Source: a virus (taxonomy: Duplodnaviria; Caudoviricetes). From it: a DNA stretch of 64,000 nucleotides. The notes under the pieces are model-generated. The model did not search any database and had not been told where the DNA came from. It saw only the letters and a list, made by a program, of their open reading frames with translations. Made by a program: the position numbers and the translations under genes. Positions within the stretch are counted from its first letter, which is position 1; the number at the start of each line of letters is the position of its first letter. Where the stretch lies: positions 1,502 through 65,501 of IMG/VR virus record IMGVR_UViG_3300033752_000412; one strand, 5' to 3'. Below, one piece after another: positions 26,208 to 33,789 of this stretch.

Positions 26208-27164
26208 ATGGTTAAGACGTCCTGCCCCGTTGACTGCGCCTGCCACACGGGCCCCTACGCGTCGTGCTCTGTCCCGGGCGGCTGCGGATCCCATGGATGC
26301 GGCCGGACCACTGTGGAGGCGCCGCGGCGGAAGGTGGACGAGCGGGCCTGCCGGCTGTGTGTCGTGTACCGGCCCAACGCCGAACCGCTACTGCCCGAGC
26401 CGGGTCTTGCCCCGGTATGCGGCCGGGACCGGGCCCGCCTCGACCGTGACCTGGCGGCGCTTCCGGACCTGCATGCCCGGCTACGCAACCCGGACCTGTC
26501 CACCGGGGACGAGCGCAGCATGTACCGGGTGGCCCTGGACAGGCAGGGCCGGCGGGCGTGGAACACGGTGCCGGCGGGGCCGACCGCCGGCCGCACCAAC
26601 CAGCCGCTGGTGTCCGGTTCCCGGCCGCGCCGCGAGCCGGCCGACCTGACCGCCGTCGACCTGACCGCCCCGGCCCACGGCACGAACCTGACCGCGCAGG
26701 GTCGGCGGCATCCCGACGACCACGTCGGCCACCTGTCGGTGGCCACCATCCTCGACGGCTGGGTGCAGGTGTGGCGTGACGAGCTGTTCCCCGGCCAGCA
26801 CCGGCCGCCAGCGCTGGTGGACGAGCTGGTCGGCTGGCTGCGGGACCGGGTCGAGGAGGCGTGCAGCCGGCTGGACGTGGACGTGCTGGCGGACTTCGCC
26901 GACGAGATCCGGCGGCTGCGCGGCGCGCTGCACGCCGCCCTCGGCGAGGTGCGGGCGGAGCCGGACATCAAGTTCGGGGTCAGGTGCAAGCAGTGCGACG
27001 CCATGTCCACATTGGCGCAGGAGCCGGGCGAGGACTGGGTGGAGTGTGGCAGCTGTGGGCTGTTGTACTCGCAGGAGGAGTACCGCCGCTGGGTTGAGCA
27101 CAACGCCGGCTACCAGCGGTCGAAGCACACCTCCGAGCAGCTGCGGCAGCTGATGGGCCGCTGA
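26208..27164 (+). CDS. Zn-ribbon protein, candidate late transcription regulator
   Basis: GGAG RBS. Multiple CxxC motifs (C..C..H, CRLC, C-terminal CKQC...CGSC). Last gene of the replication arm. Confidence 0.6.
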   Translation: MVKTSCPVDCACHTGPYASCSVPGGCGSHGCGRTTVEAPRRKVDERACRLCVVYRPNAEPLLPEPGLAPVCGRDRARLDRDLAALPDLHARLRNPDLSTGDERSMYRVALDRQGRRAWNTVPAGPTAGRTNQPLVSGSRPRREPADLTAVDLTAPAHGTNLTAQGRRHPDDHVGHLSVATILDGWVQVWRDELFPGQHRPPALVDELVGWLRDRVEEACSRLDVDVLADFADEIRRLRGALHAALGEVRAEPDIKFGVRCKQCDAMSTLAQEPGEDWVECGSCGLLYSQEEYRRWVEHNAGYQRSKHTSEQLRQLMGR

Positions 27165-27179
27165 CCGGGAACACGAAAG

Positions 27180-27219
27180 GGCGCCCCCGCGCGAGGGAAA
27201 TCCCTCGCGCGGGGGCGCC
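27180..27219. terminator. Bidirectional hairpin between the convergent arms
   Basis: GGCGCCCCCGCGCGAGGGA-AA-TCCCTCGCGCGGGGGCGCC, 19-bp perfect inverted repeat. Confidence 0.8.
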
Positions 27220-27257
27220 GGTTAGATCGGCCTATCGAAGGGGTGGAACGGGACCCG

Positions 27258-27461
27258 TTGACGTCCTCCCCGGCGTGAACGCCGGGGATTCCTCCTGCGC
27301 GGCTCATGCCGCGCTCCGGTGGGTTCCTGCTTCACCGGCGTCCGCCACCCCGAAGGGTGGTCTTACGTCGCCTCCACAGGCGTTTAGCCTGTCCGCCCGT
27401 CCGGCGGCCAGGATGGCCTAACCCCGCCCTGAAGGACGGGGCTTGCGGCCAAGATTTCGGG
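27258..27461 (-). mobile_element. 204-bp non-autonomous IS200/IS605 element (LE + tnpB 3' tail/omega-RNA-like scaffold + RE), copy 1
   Basis: Minus strand: follows TGAC. LE hairpin GCCCCGTCCTTCAGGGCGGGG, tnpB-tail ILAAGRADRLNACGGDVRP, RE hairpin TCCCCGGCGTTCACGCCGGGGA, ends TCAA. Confidence 0.88.
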
Positions 27462-27462
27462 G

Positions 27463-27819
27463 TCAGGGTTCGCCGCCGGGCTTCGGCGGCACCGGGGCGG
27501 TCACCTGGGTCCTGTTGAAGGCCCCGGCGACCATGGTCACGAACGCCATCACCACGGCCTGCTGGTCCGCGGTCCAGTCGAGACCGTAGCCCACGGCGAG
27601 GGACAGGAGCGCCTGGGCCAGGCCGAGCACGGCGGCGACGATGCCGTCGTGGGCGATGATGGCGACGGCGAGGCCCATGGCGGCGGCGAGGACCGCGTTG
27701 CACCAGGACTGCTGCTCCGGGGTGAAGCCGGCCCAGAACGCGCCGACGAGTTTGAGCGCTGCCGCGGCGACGGCCAGCCACACGGCCGGTTCGCGGCCGA
27801 AGATCCGTACCTTGCTCAC
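27463..27819 (-). CDS. Holin
   Basis: IFGREPAVW N-terminus, several TM segments, downstream of the lysin, AAGGAGG RBS. Confidence 0.75.
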   Translation of the reverse strand: MSKVRIFGREPAVWLAVAAAALKLVGAFWAGFTPEQQSWCNAVLAAAMGLAVAIIAHDGIVAAVLGLAQALLSLAVGYGLDWTADQQAVVMAFVTMVAGAFNRTQVTAPVPPKPGGEP

Positions 27820-27858
27820 GTCGCCCTCCTTGGGCTGAGGTTCTGCTCCCCAGGACTG

Positions 27859-28100
27859 TTGACTTCCTCCCCCGCCTAAAGGCGGGGGATTCCCGCCCTC
27901 ACGGGCTGGGCTTCCTGCTTCACAGCCGACCGCACCCGGGAGGACCCGGGATGTCTTACGTCAGCTCCACAGGCCGACACCGCTCGACCAGCGGCCAGGA
28001 TGTTCTTGGCGGCGTTGATGTCCCGGTCGTGCCGGGTGCCGCAACCCGGGCACGTCCAGTGCCGGGTGGAAAGGCTCAGCTCGGCGTTCAGCCCGCGCTC
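27859..28100 (-). pseudogene. tnpB: IS605 tnpB C-terminal remnant with right end
   Basis: [35 protein letters not shown] (Zn ribbon/RuvC-III), omega-RNA-like tail, RE hairpin TCCCCCGCCTTTAGGCGGGGGAGG, terminal TCAA. Confidence 0.9.
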
Positions 28101-28119
28101 CGGGTGGAAAGGCAGCAGC

Positions 28120-28323
28120 TTGACGTCCTCCCCGGCGTGAACGCCGGGGATTCCTCCTGCGCGGCTCATGCCGCGCTCCGGTGGGTTCCTGCTTCACCGG
28201 CGTCCGCCACCCCGAAGGGTGGTCTTACGTCGCCTCCACAGGCGTTTAGCCTGTCCGCCCGTCCGGCGGCCAGGATGGCCTAACCCCGCCCTGAAGGACG
28301 GGGCTTGCGGCCAAGATTTCGGG
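28120..28323 (-). mobile_element. 204-bp non-autonomous IS200/IS605 element, copy 2
   Basis: Identical by eye to 27258-27461. Follows TGAC (28324-28327), ends TCAA. Confidence 0.88.
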
Positions 28324-28467
28324 GTCACCGTCGGCGCGATCGTCGAAGACGCCGTGGTGGTGGAGGCGCCGCCCACCGTCCGGGACTGGGTCGGGCAGGA
28401 CGCCCACGCGCTGTGGCGGCTGCAGAAGCGCCGCGCCGACCTGGTCGAGTGGATTCCGGACCGCTGA
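28324..28467 (+). pseudogene. 3' remnant of a small phage gene interrupted by copy 2
   Basis: Removing 28120-28323 gives a continuous frame SGWKGSS|VTVGAIVEDAVVVEAPPTVRDWVGQD...WIPDR*. No start codon is left. Confidence 0.5.
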
Positions 28468-28482
28468 CCTCCGGCCGGGCGG

Positions 28483-28665
28483 TCAGCCCACGCGGCCCAG
28501 CACGGCCCCGACCATGCCGCCGCCGGCCATTGCCACCCCGGAGGCCCACCACAGGGCCTGCTCCAGCCGTCGAATGCGTGCCTCGTGGTCGCTGGCCCGG
28601 GTCAGGTGCATGTCCAACTTGGTTTCCAGCCGGGCCAGCCGCTCGACGATGTCGTTGTCATCCAT
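28483..28665 (-). CDS. Small lysis-cassette membrane protein (coiled coil + TM)
   Basis: RLARLETKLD..DHEARIRRLE followed by a TM segment. Lies between lysin and holin. Confidence 0.75.
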   Translation of the reverse strand: MDDNDIVERLARLETKLDMHLTRASDHEARIRRLEQALWWASGVAMAGGGMVGAVLGRVG

Positions 28666-28668
28666 GCG

Positions 28669-29505
28669 TCAGGTGACTGGGTTGTGGTAGGCGGCGTACC
28701 AGGTCTTGGGGCCGAGCAAGCCGTCAACCTTGAGATGCTGGTCGCGCTGGAACGCTTCGATCAGCTCCCGGTACTCCGGCCCGTACTTGCCGTCGTTGCC
28801 ACAGCGGTGCAGGTACCGCTTGCCCTTGCCGACCGGCCAGCCGCGCCGGGCCAGCTGGGTCGCCCACATGCGTAGCCAGTCCCGGTCGAGCTTGCCCTTG
28901 AACCGGCGGCCGTAGTAGCCGCTGACGCTGTGGTTGCCGCCTTCCCGCGGGCCGAAGTAGTAGCCGGCCGGCAGCGGGAACGGCACAGGCGGGCCAGGTG
29001 CCGGCCGGGCGGCCGGGTTCGGCGCCGGCTTCGGCTTCGGCGCACCCTTCAGGTCGTCCAGATGCCAGTTGGTGCCCGTGACCGTGTCCGCTGCCTGGCT
29101 GAAGTCCGAGTTGACGTGCACGTGCTTGTCGTGCGGGTTCGACCCGGTGTAGACGCGGGTCTTGAAGCCGTCCCGCTTGTGCCAGATGCGTCCCTTGTAG
29201 ATGATGTACCGCACCCACCACAGGACGCCGCGGCGGGCCAGGGTCACCCACAGCTGGACGACCTGCTCCATCGTGACCCCAGCGGGGTCGCGCAGGTCGG
29301 CGTCGAAGTCCCGGGCGCGCACCTCGTCCTTGCTGTCGCCGTCCCGGTACTCGGGGTTTCCGGTGCGGTCCGGGTTGTGGCTCGACACGCCGGCCTGGTG
29401 CCGGGTGTCGCCGATCGACCCGTCGCTGGTCTTGTCACGGTTCGGGAACCGCGCGTTGAGCTGGTCGCGTGCCTCGTCCAGGCACGGCACCACTACCCAC
29501 CCCAT
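28669..29505 (-). CDS. Endolysin: M15-like Zn peptidase + peptidoglycan-binding domain
   Basis: SDG.IGD..H...SSHNPD..ARDFD..YII..GRIW..H.KHVHV. C-terminal DG.YGP..FQR...L.VDG..GP.TW. Confidence 0.9.
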   Translation of the reverse strand: MGWVVVPCLDEARDQLNARFPNRDKTSDGSIGDTRHQAGVSSHNPDRTGNPEYRDGDSKDEVRARDFDADLRDPAGVTMEQVVQLWVTLARRGVLWWVRYIIYKGRIWHKRDGFKTRVYTGSNPHDKHVHVNSDFSQAADTVTGTNWHLDDLKGAPKPKPAPNPAARPAPGPPVPFPLPAGYYFGPREGGNHSVSGYYGRRFKGKLDRDWLRMWATQLARRGWPVGKGKRYLHRCGNDGKYGPEYRELIEAFQRDQHLKVDGLLGPKTWYAAYHNPVT

Positions 29506-29627
29506 CAGCCGGTCACCTCCTCGTTTGGCCAGTCAGGCTGCTTGGGGTCCGCCCACGGGTCGGGGATCTCGTCTCCGATGTGCCGCTCCGGGTCCTCATC
29601 GGGAACCGGGTGAGGATCGGTCGACAT
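29505..29627 (-). CDS. 40-aa acidic Pro-rich protein
   Basis: GAAAGGAG RBS, TGATG coupling to the lysin. Confidence 0.6.
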   Translation of the reverse strand: MSTDPHPVPDEDPERHIGDEIPDPWADPKQPDWPNEEVTG

Positions 29628-29715
29628 GCGTGCTCCTTTCTGGGCATGCGCGGCCAGGCCGACACCGGGGCCGGTGCTGGCCTGGTCGTGGTCGGGCAGG
29701 CTGGAATGGCCGCTG

Positions 29716-30660
29716 CTACGTCTCGTCGAGGGGGAACGCGACCGCGGCGAACACCCACGAGCTCGTCGAGATCCCGTGGCTGAAGTTCGGCTGCAGGATG
29801 ACCGCACCCGCCGGCGAGATGTAGGCGTTTGTCGTGTGGTCCGGCGAGGACAGCAGCGCCACAAAGACCGTGTTGTGGGAGGGCCGGAACCCGGCCGGCA
29901 ACGTACCTATCTGGGTGGCGGTGGAGGAGCCGATGTTGCCGCCGCTGCGGAAGCCGCTGATCTCGACCGTCACCCAGCCGTTCTTGCGCCGGACGAAGAA
30001 CCCCTGCGCTGTCCAGCCAGAGGAGGCGGGGAAGGTCACCCAGCCGGTGTCCTCGGCCAGCACGATCCACGTGCCGCCGGCGCCGGTGGACTGCAGGGTG
30101 CGGTTGGTGTCCAGTTCGCGGATGATCCTGCCGGCCTGGTGCGGTGGCCGCGTGGTCGAGGTGCAGAGGATGTTGCCGTCCTCGCCGACGAACCAGGCGC
30201 GCGGCTTCACCGCCGACCCGGGAAGGTTCACCACACCGCTTTGGACGGTGACCTCGGCCAGCGGCAGGTCCCAGAATCCGGTCGACCCGGTCTGCTGCAC
30301 CGGCGACGGCGCACCAGCACCCGGTGTTCCGGTGATGACGGTCTCAGTAACCGAGTAGTCGGTGCGGGACAGCCGCAGCACCACCAGGTCGATGCGGGTG
30401 GCCCCGGACGAGTTGGCCGCCAACGACCCGAGGGTGATGTCGTTGTCCCCCGACTCGTACAGGCTGCCGCGGACGAGCGCGAACCGGTTGGCGCGGATGC
30501 GCACCTGCCGGGTGCCGGCGCCGTCGGCGTACACCATCGGCGCGTCGGTCGGGTTGCCGATCAGCCCGTCTGGCGCGAGTGCGTTGACGAGCCGCTCGTG
30601 CTCCAGTTCGGTGACCGCGCCGCCGTTGTATCCGGAGCGGGGGTACGACTTGGACGCCAC
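29716..30660 (-). CDS. Minor tail protein
   Basis: SGATRIDLVVLRL..W.LPLAEV, typical of actinophage minor tail proteins. Beta-rich C-terminal domain. Confidence 0.8.
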   Translation of the reverse strand: MASKSYPRSGYNGGAVTELEHERLVNALAPDGLIGNPTDAPMVYADGAGTRQVRIRANRFALVRGSLYESGDNDITLGSLAANSSGATRIDLVVLRLSRTDYSVTETVITGTPGAGAPSPVQQTGSTGFWDLPLAEVTVQSGVVNLPGSAVKPRAWFVGEDGNILCTSTTRPPHQAGRIIRELDTNRTLQSTGAGGTWIVLAEDTGWVTFPASSGWTAQGFFVRRKNGWVTVEISGFRSGGNIGSSTATQIGTLPAGFRPSHNTVFVALLSSPDHTTNAYISPAGAVILQPNFSHGISTSSWVFAAVAFPLDET

Positions 30661-30680
30661 CGGTCAGACCACCTTCCACA

Positions 30681-30828
30681 TTGACTTCCTCCCCCGCCTA
30701 AAGGAGAAGGTCATGAGCGCTTCGCGCTTTGGGCTGTCCCGGCTTCGCCGGGCCACCCCTTCCGGGGTCCGGATTCCTCCCCGGCCTGAAGGCCGGGGCC
30801 TCCTCCGGAGGTCTTGGTGAGGACTGGT
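30681..30828 (-). mobile_element. 148-bp IS200/IS605-derived palindromic mini-element (PATE-like)
   Basis: Follows TGAC (30829-30832). LE hairpin CCCCGGCCTTCAGGCCGGGG. Terminal 24 bp identical to the tnpB-remnant RE, but the RE hairpin left arm is lost. Ends TCAA. Confidence 0.8.
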
Positions 30829-30829
30829 G

Positions 30830-31597
30830 TCAGGGGACGGGATCGACCGTGTACCACGACTGGCTGCTGAACGTGGTGTATTGGCCGCCCTGCGCCTCGG
30901 CCACGACCACCAGCGTCTTCGGCCCGGTCTGTGTGGCCAGGTACTCGCGGATGAGCAGCGCGGTCTGGGAACTGGTGGTGACGGCTTCGAACTCGGTTAT
31001 CGCGCCGCGTACAACGGCGCCGCTGATGTTGTCCTCGCGGACATGTAGCCGTATGAGGGTTCCGATGGTGGAGGCGGAGCCGTTGGGCATGGCCGTCACC
31101 CGGTACCGCTTTCCGGCTTTCTGGTTGAACGCCAGCGTCGCGATCACCTGGGCAGTGGTGATGTTCGGAACTGACGCCCCCGCCGTTTCGAGTGCGCGGG
31201 GAAGCATCTGCTGCGTGAGTGCGTCCAGGTTCGCCTCGGCCGTTGCGAGCCGGGTGAACAGGTCTGTGGTGGACGGGGGTATCCGGTAGTAGACGGTGCT
31301 GTCGGTGGTCAGCCACAGGTCGGCGGTGTAGTTGTCCGGCCCGTAGAACGCCGGCACCCGGCCCAGGTCCCCCAACTCGGTCGACGTGCTGACCGTGCTG
31401 ATCGGCGACCCGGACTCGTCCAGCAGGTCGGTGACCTGGTTGCCGTCGACCGAGTCGTACACGTTGAACACCACCGCGCCCTCGGGGATCAGCGCGGTGC
31501 GGCCGGTCGCCTCCGGGATCACGTCGGGGATCTGAACCGAGCTGCCCAGGGCGACCGCGAAGTCGGCCGGGGTTCCCCCGTACAGCAGCCTCGCCAC
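30830..31597 (-). CDS. Minor tail protein (anchor + coiled coil + head)
   Basis: GGTPADF..VTDLLD..G.P...GRVPAFYGPD anchor domain, in tail-tip context. Confidence 0.75.
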   Translation of the reverse strand: MARLLYGGTPADFAVALGSSVQIPDVIPEATGRTALIPEGAVVFNVYDSVDGNQVTDLLDESGSPISTVSTSTELGDLGRVPAFYGPDNYTADLWLTTDSTVYYRIPPSTTDLFTRLATAEANLDALTQQMLPRALETAGASVPNITTAQVIATLAFNQKAGKRYRVTAMPNGSASTIGTLIRLHVREDNISGAVVRGAITEFEAVTTSSQTALLIREYLATQTGPKTLVVVAEAQGGQYTTFSSQSWYTVDPVP

Positions 31598-31638
31598 GGC
31601 ACCTCCACACTGGTCTGGGGTCGTATCGGGCAGGCGTG

Positions 31639-32814
31639 TCAGGCGGCGGGAAGCATGCGACGCTCAACCTGGCCGACCCGGCGGTCGATGTCCCGCAGCC
31701 GCTTCACCCACTCCGGGTCGTGGGACGCCTCCTGGGTGCCGACCATCGCCGACACCAACTCGCCGGCGGTCGCCCACGCCTGCAGGTGGACCAGCCGCAC
31801 CAGCTCGGAGATCTCCAGCCCTGTGTCGATCTGCACCGACACCCGGTCGCCGAGGCCGTAGTCGATGCCGAACCGCATGTCGTCGGTGTCGTAGGCCGCG
31901 GTCTGCAGCCGCGCCGTCTCGGACGTTTCGGCCAGGGCGTCGTCGCCTTCCTTCTCCAGCTCGCTGAGGTCGATGTCGCCCGGCTGCGGCACCAGCGTCT
32001 CCAGCCGCCACCACGTGGTTTCGTCCGCGGTGCGGTTTCGTTCGGTGACGAACTTGCCCGCGCCCTCACCCTGGCCGCCGACGATGGCGGTGGTGGCGGT
32101 CGGCGCCTGCCGCTCGTAGGCCAGGTACCGCAGGTTGCCCAGGCCGAACCCGAACCGGATCTGCCCGGTCAGGTCCGCCGGCTGGTACGTTTCGAACACG
32201 ATCTGGGTTCCGACCTGCCTGGTACGGAACCCGAGGCCGCCGCCGTCGAGGGCTGCCTTGCGGGCCACGTCGAGCAGCGGCTCCCAGCCTGACTTCACGG
32301 TCGCGCTGGTGCCAACCCCGGCGGGCGAGCCGAGAACCAGTTTCGGCACCTGCCGTGGCGCCAGCGCCCCCGGGCCGGCGTTGAGGTTGACCAGGTTCCG
32401 GATGGCCGTTTCGGCGTTGCCGGTGAACTCCCAGAAGTCGCCGGTCTGCTGCGGCGGTGTCAGCGACGGGTCCGGGTAAACGAGGCGGCCGGCAATCAGC
32501 GCCAGGTCGTCAGCAAAGTAGACCGTGATCTTGCCGATGCCCGCGTTTTCCCCGTTGTCCGACTTTTCGATCATGTACCGTTCGATTGGCCCGGCCATGA
32601 ACACCTGCTGGGCGCGGATCACCACGATCCGGTTGCCAGCGTCGATCTGCTGTCGGATCCACGGGTAGGCGGGCGCGGTGAACATGCCCGACGCGGGCTC
32701 GTTGAACCGCAGCGTGCAGTCCAGTGTGTCCCACTGGGTGATCGGGTCGCCGACGACGGACAGGTTGCGGTCGGTGACCAGCAGGAAGATCTCCGGGCGG
32801 AACAGTGGCTGCAT
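31639..32814 (-). CDS. Minor tail protein (ReqiPepy6 Gp37-like hub)
   Basis: Follows Dit. LRFNEP, P...AIVGGQGEG..R, FG.DYGLGDRVSV. Confidence 0.85.
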   Translation of the reverse strand: MQPLFRPEIFLLVTDRNLSVVGDPITQWDTLDCTLRFNEPASGMFTAPAYPWIRQQIDAGNRIVVIRAQQVFMAGPIERYMIEKSDNGENAGIGKITVYFADDLALIAGRLVYPDPSLTPPQQTGDFWEFTGNAETAIRNLVNLNAGPGALAPRQVPKLVLGSPAGVGTSATVKSGWEPLLDVARKAALDGGGLGFRTRQVGTQIVFETYQPADLTGQIRFGFGLGNLRYLAYERQAPTATTAIVGGQGEGAGKFVTERNRTADETTWWRLETLVPQPGDIDLSELEKEGDDALAETSETARLQTAAYDTDDMRFGIDYGLGDRVSVQIDTGLEISELVRLVHLQAWATAGELVSAMVGTQEASHDPEWVKRLRDIDRRVGQVERRMLPAA

Positions 32815-32817
32815 GGG

Positions 32818-33774
32818 CTACGCCGCCTCGTACCTCGGGTAGAACTCCAACACGATCGACGTTCCCGGCCCGGACCCGGTCACCTGGAAGTCGACGTCGT
32901 TGTTGCCGGGCCGCAGCGGCCACAGCTGCGCGGAGGGCCAGTCGAGCGCGCCGACGATGTTCTCCCCGTTTGGGCCGCGCAGCATCGGACGATGGGTGCG
33001 GATTGTCGCCGTCTCCCCCGCCCCGAGCATGTAGGTGAGGGTGAACGACTGGCCGGCCGAGTTGTTGGTGGCGACCAGCGACTCGGCCGGGCCGGTGATC
33101 GTCCACGTTGGCCATGCGTCGACGTCGCCCGGGTTCATGATGACCGTCTCCCCGAGCACCCGGCCCGACGACACGGTCGGGTACGGGTCCAGGTAGGGGA
33201 CGCCTTGGACGAATCTGCGTTCGACGCTGATCGGTGTGGCATCCCGCCAGTACCCGTCCGGGCAGTACAGGGTCAGCACCGGGTTGGCGTACACCCAGTT
33301 CTCGCCCGGCTCGCCACCGAATCCGGTCTCGTAGAAGGCTTCGATCTCCCGGGCGGTGCCGTCCGGCCGGGCCACCCGCAGCACACCTGGCTTTCCCCAC
33401 TGGGTGGTTTGGGTGAAGGCTCGCATCAAGGCCCGGTACCGGTGGACGAACGTCATGTGGGTGACCACGCCGTCCTGTTCGCCGTGGATGTGTAGCGGCC
33501 AGGTGAGCCGCCGCGGTAGCGAGCGGATGGTGCGTACCTGTTCCCCGCCCCGCGCGTCCGGGTCGGTGACGATTTCGATCGGGGTGGCGCCCCAGCCGCC
33601 GATGCCGTTGGTTGTCAGCCAACCGTGGTTCGGGTCCGGGCTGGACAGGTCCCACAGGGTTCCGTCGGGTGCGGTCCACGTGGCCCGCATCGTCCCGACC
33701 GGCGGCGGTGGTGCGGGCGGTGCGGGCGGTGGCAGCGGCGGCGGCGGGGTGGGGCCGACGACAACGAGAGGCAC
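32818..33774 (-). CDS. Distal tail protein (Dit)
   Basis: Follows the tape measure gene. N.GDVDAWP.WTITGP, LWPL.PG.N, FYPRYE. Confidence 0.85.
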   Translation of the reverse strand: MPLVVVGPTPPPPLPPPAPPAPPPPVGTMRATWTAPDGTLWDLSSPDPNHGWLTTNGIGGWGATPIEIVTDPDARGGEQVRTIRSLPRRLTWPLHIHGEQDGVVTHMTFVHRYRALMRAFTQTTQWGKPGVLRVARPDGTAREIEAFYETGFGGEPGENWVYANPVLTLYCPDGYWRDATPISVERRFVQGVPYLDPYPTVSSGRVLGETVIMNPGDVDAWPTWTITGPAESLVATNNSAGQSFTLTYMLGAGETATIRTHRPMLRGPNGENIVGALDWPSAQLWPLRPGNNDVDFQVTGSGPGTSIVLEFYPRYEAA

Positions 33775-33789
33775 GCCGACCCCCTTCCG

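Noticed and set aside
27241-28109. TTCCACCC present about 10 nt into both predicted guides
   Set aside because: An 8-mer at unequal offsets (9 versus 10 nt). IS605 target choice depends on the left flank, so this is treated as coincidence.
28062-28119. Self-targeting of the copy-2 guide against the tnpB stump
   Set aside because: The 14-nt match is TAM-distal, the seed mismatches, and no TGAC precedes it.
27258-28323. The two 204-bp repeats as a CRISPR array or prophage att sites
   Set aside because: They are too long, there are only two, they carry IS605 ends and a tnpB tail, and no cas or integrase gene is nearby.
32870-32884. TGAC + CGGGTCC in the Dit gene as a target of the copy-1 guide
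   Set aside because: Only 7 guide nucleotides match, which is plausible by chance in GC-rich DNA.
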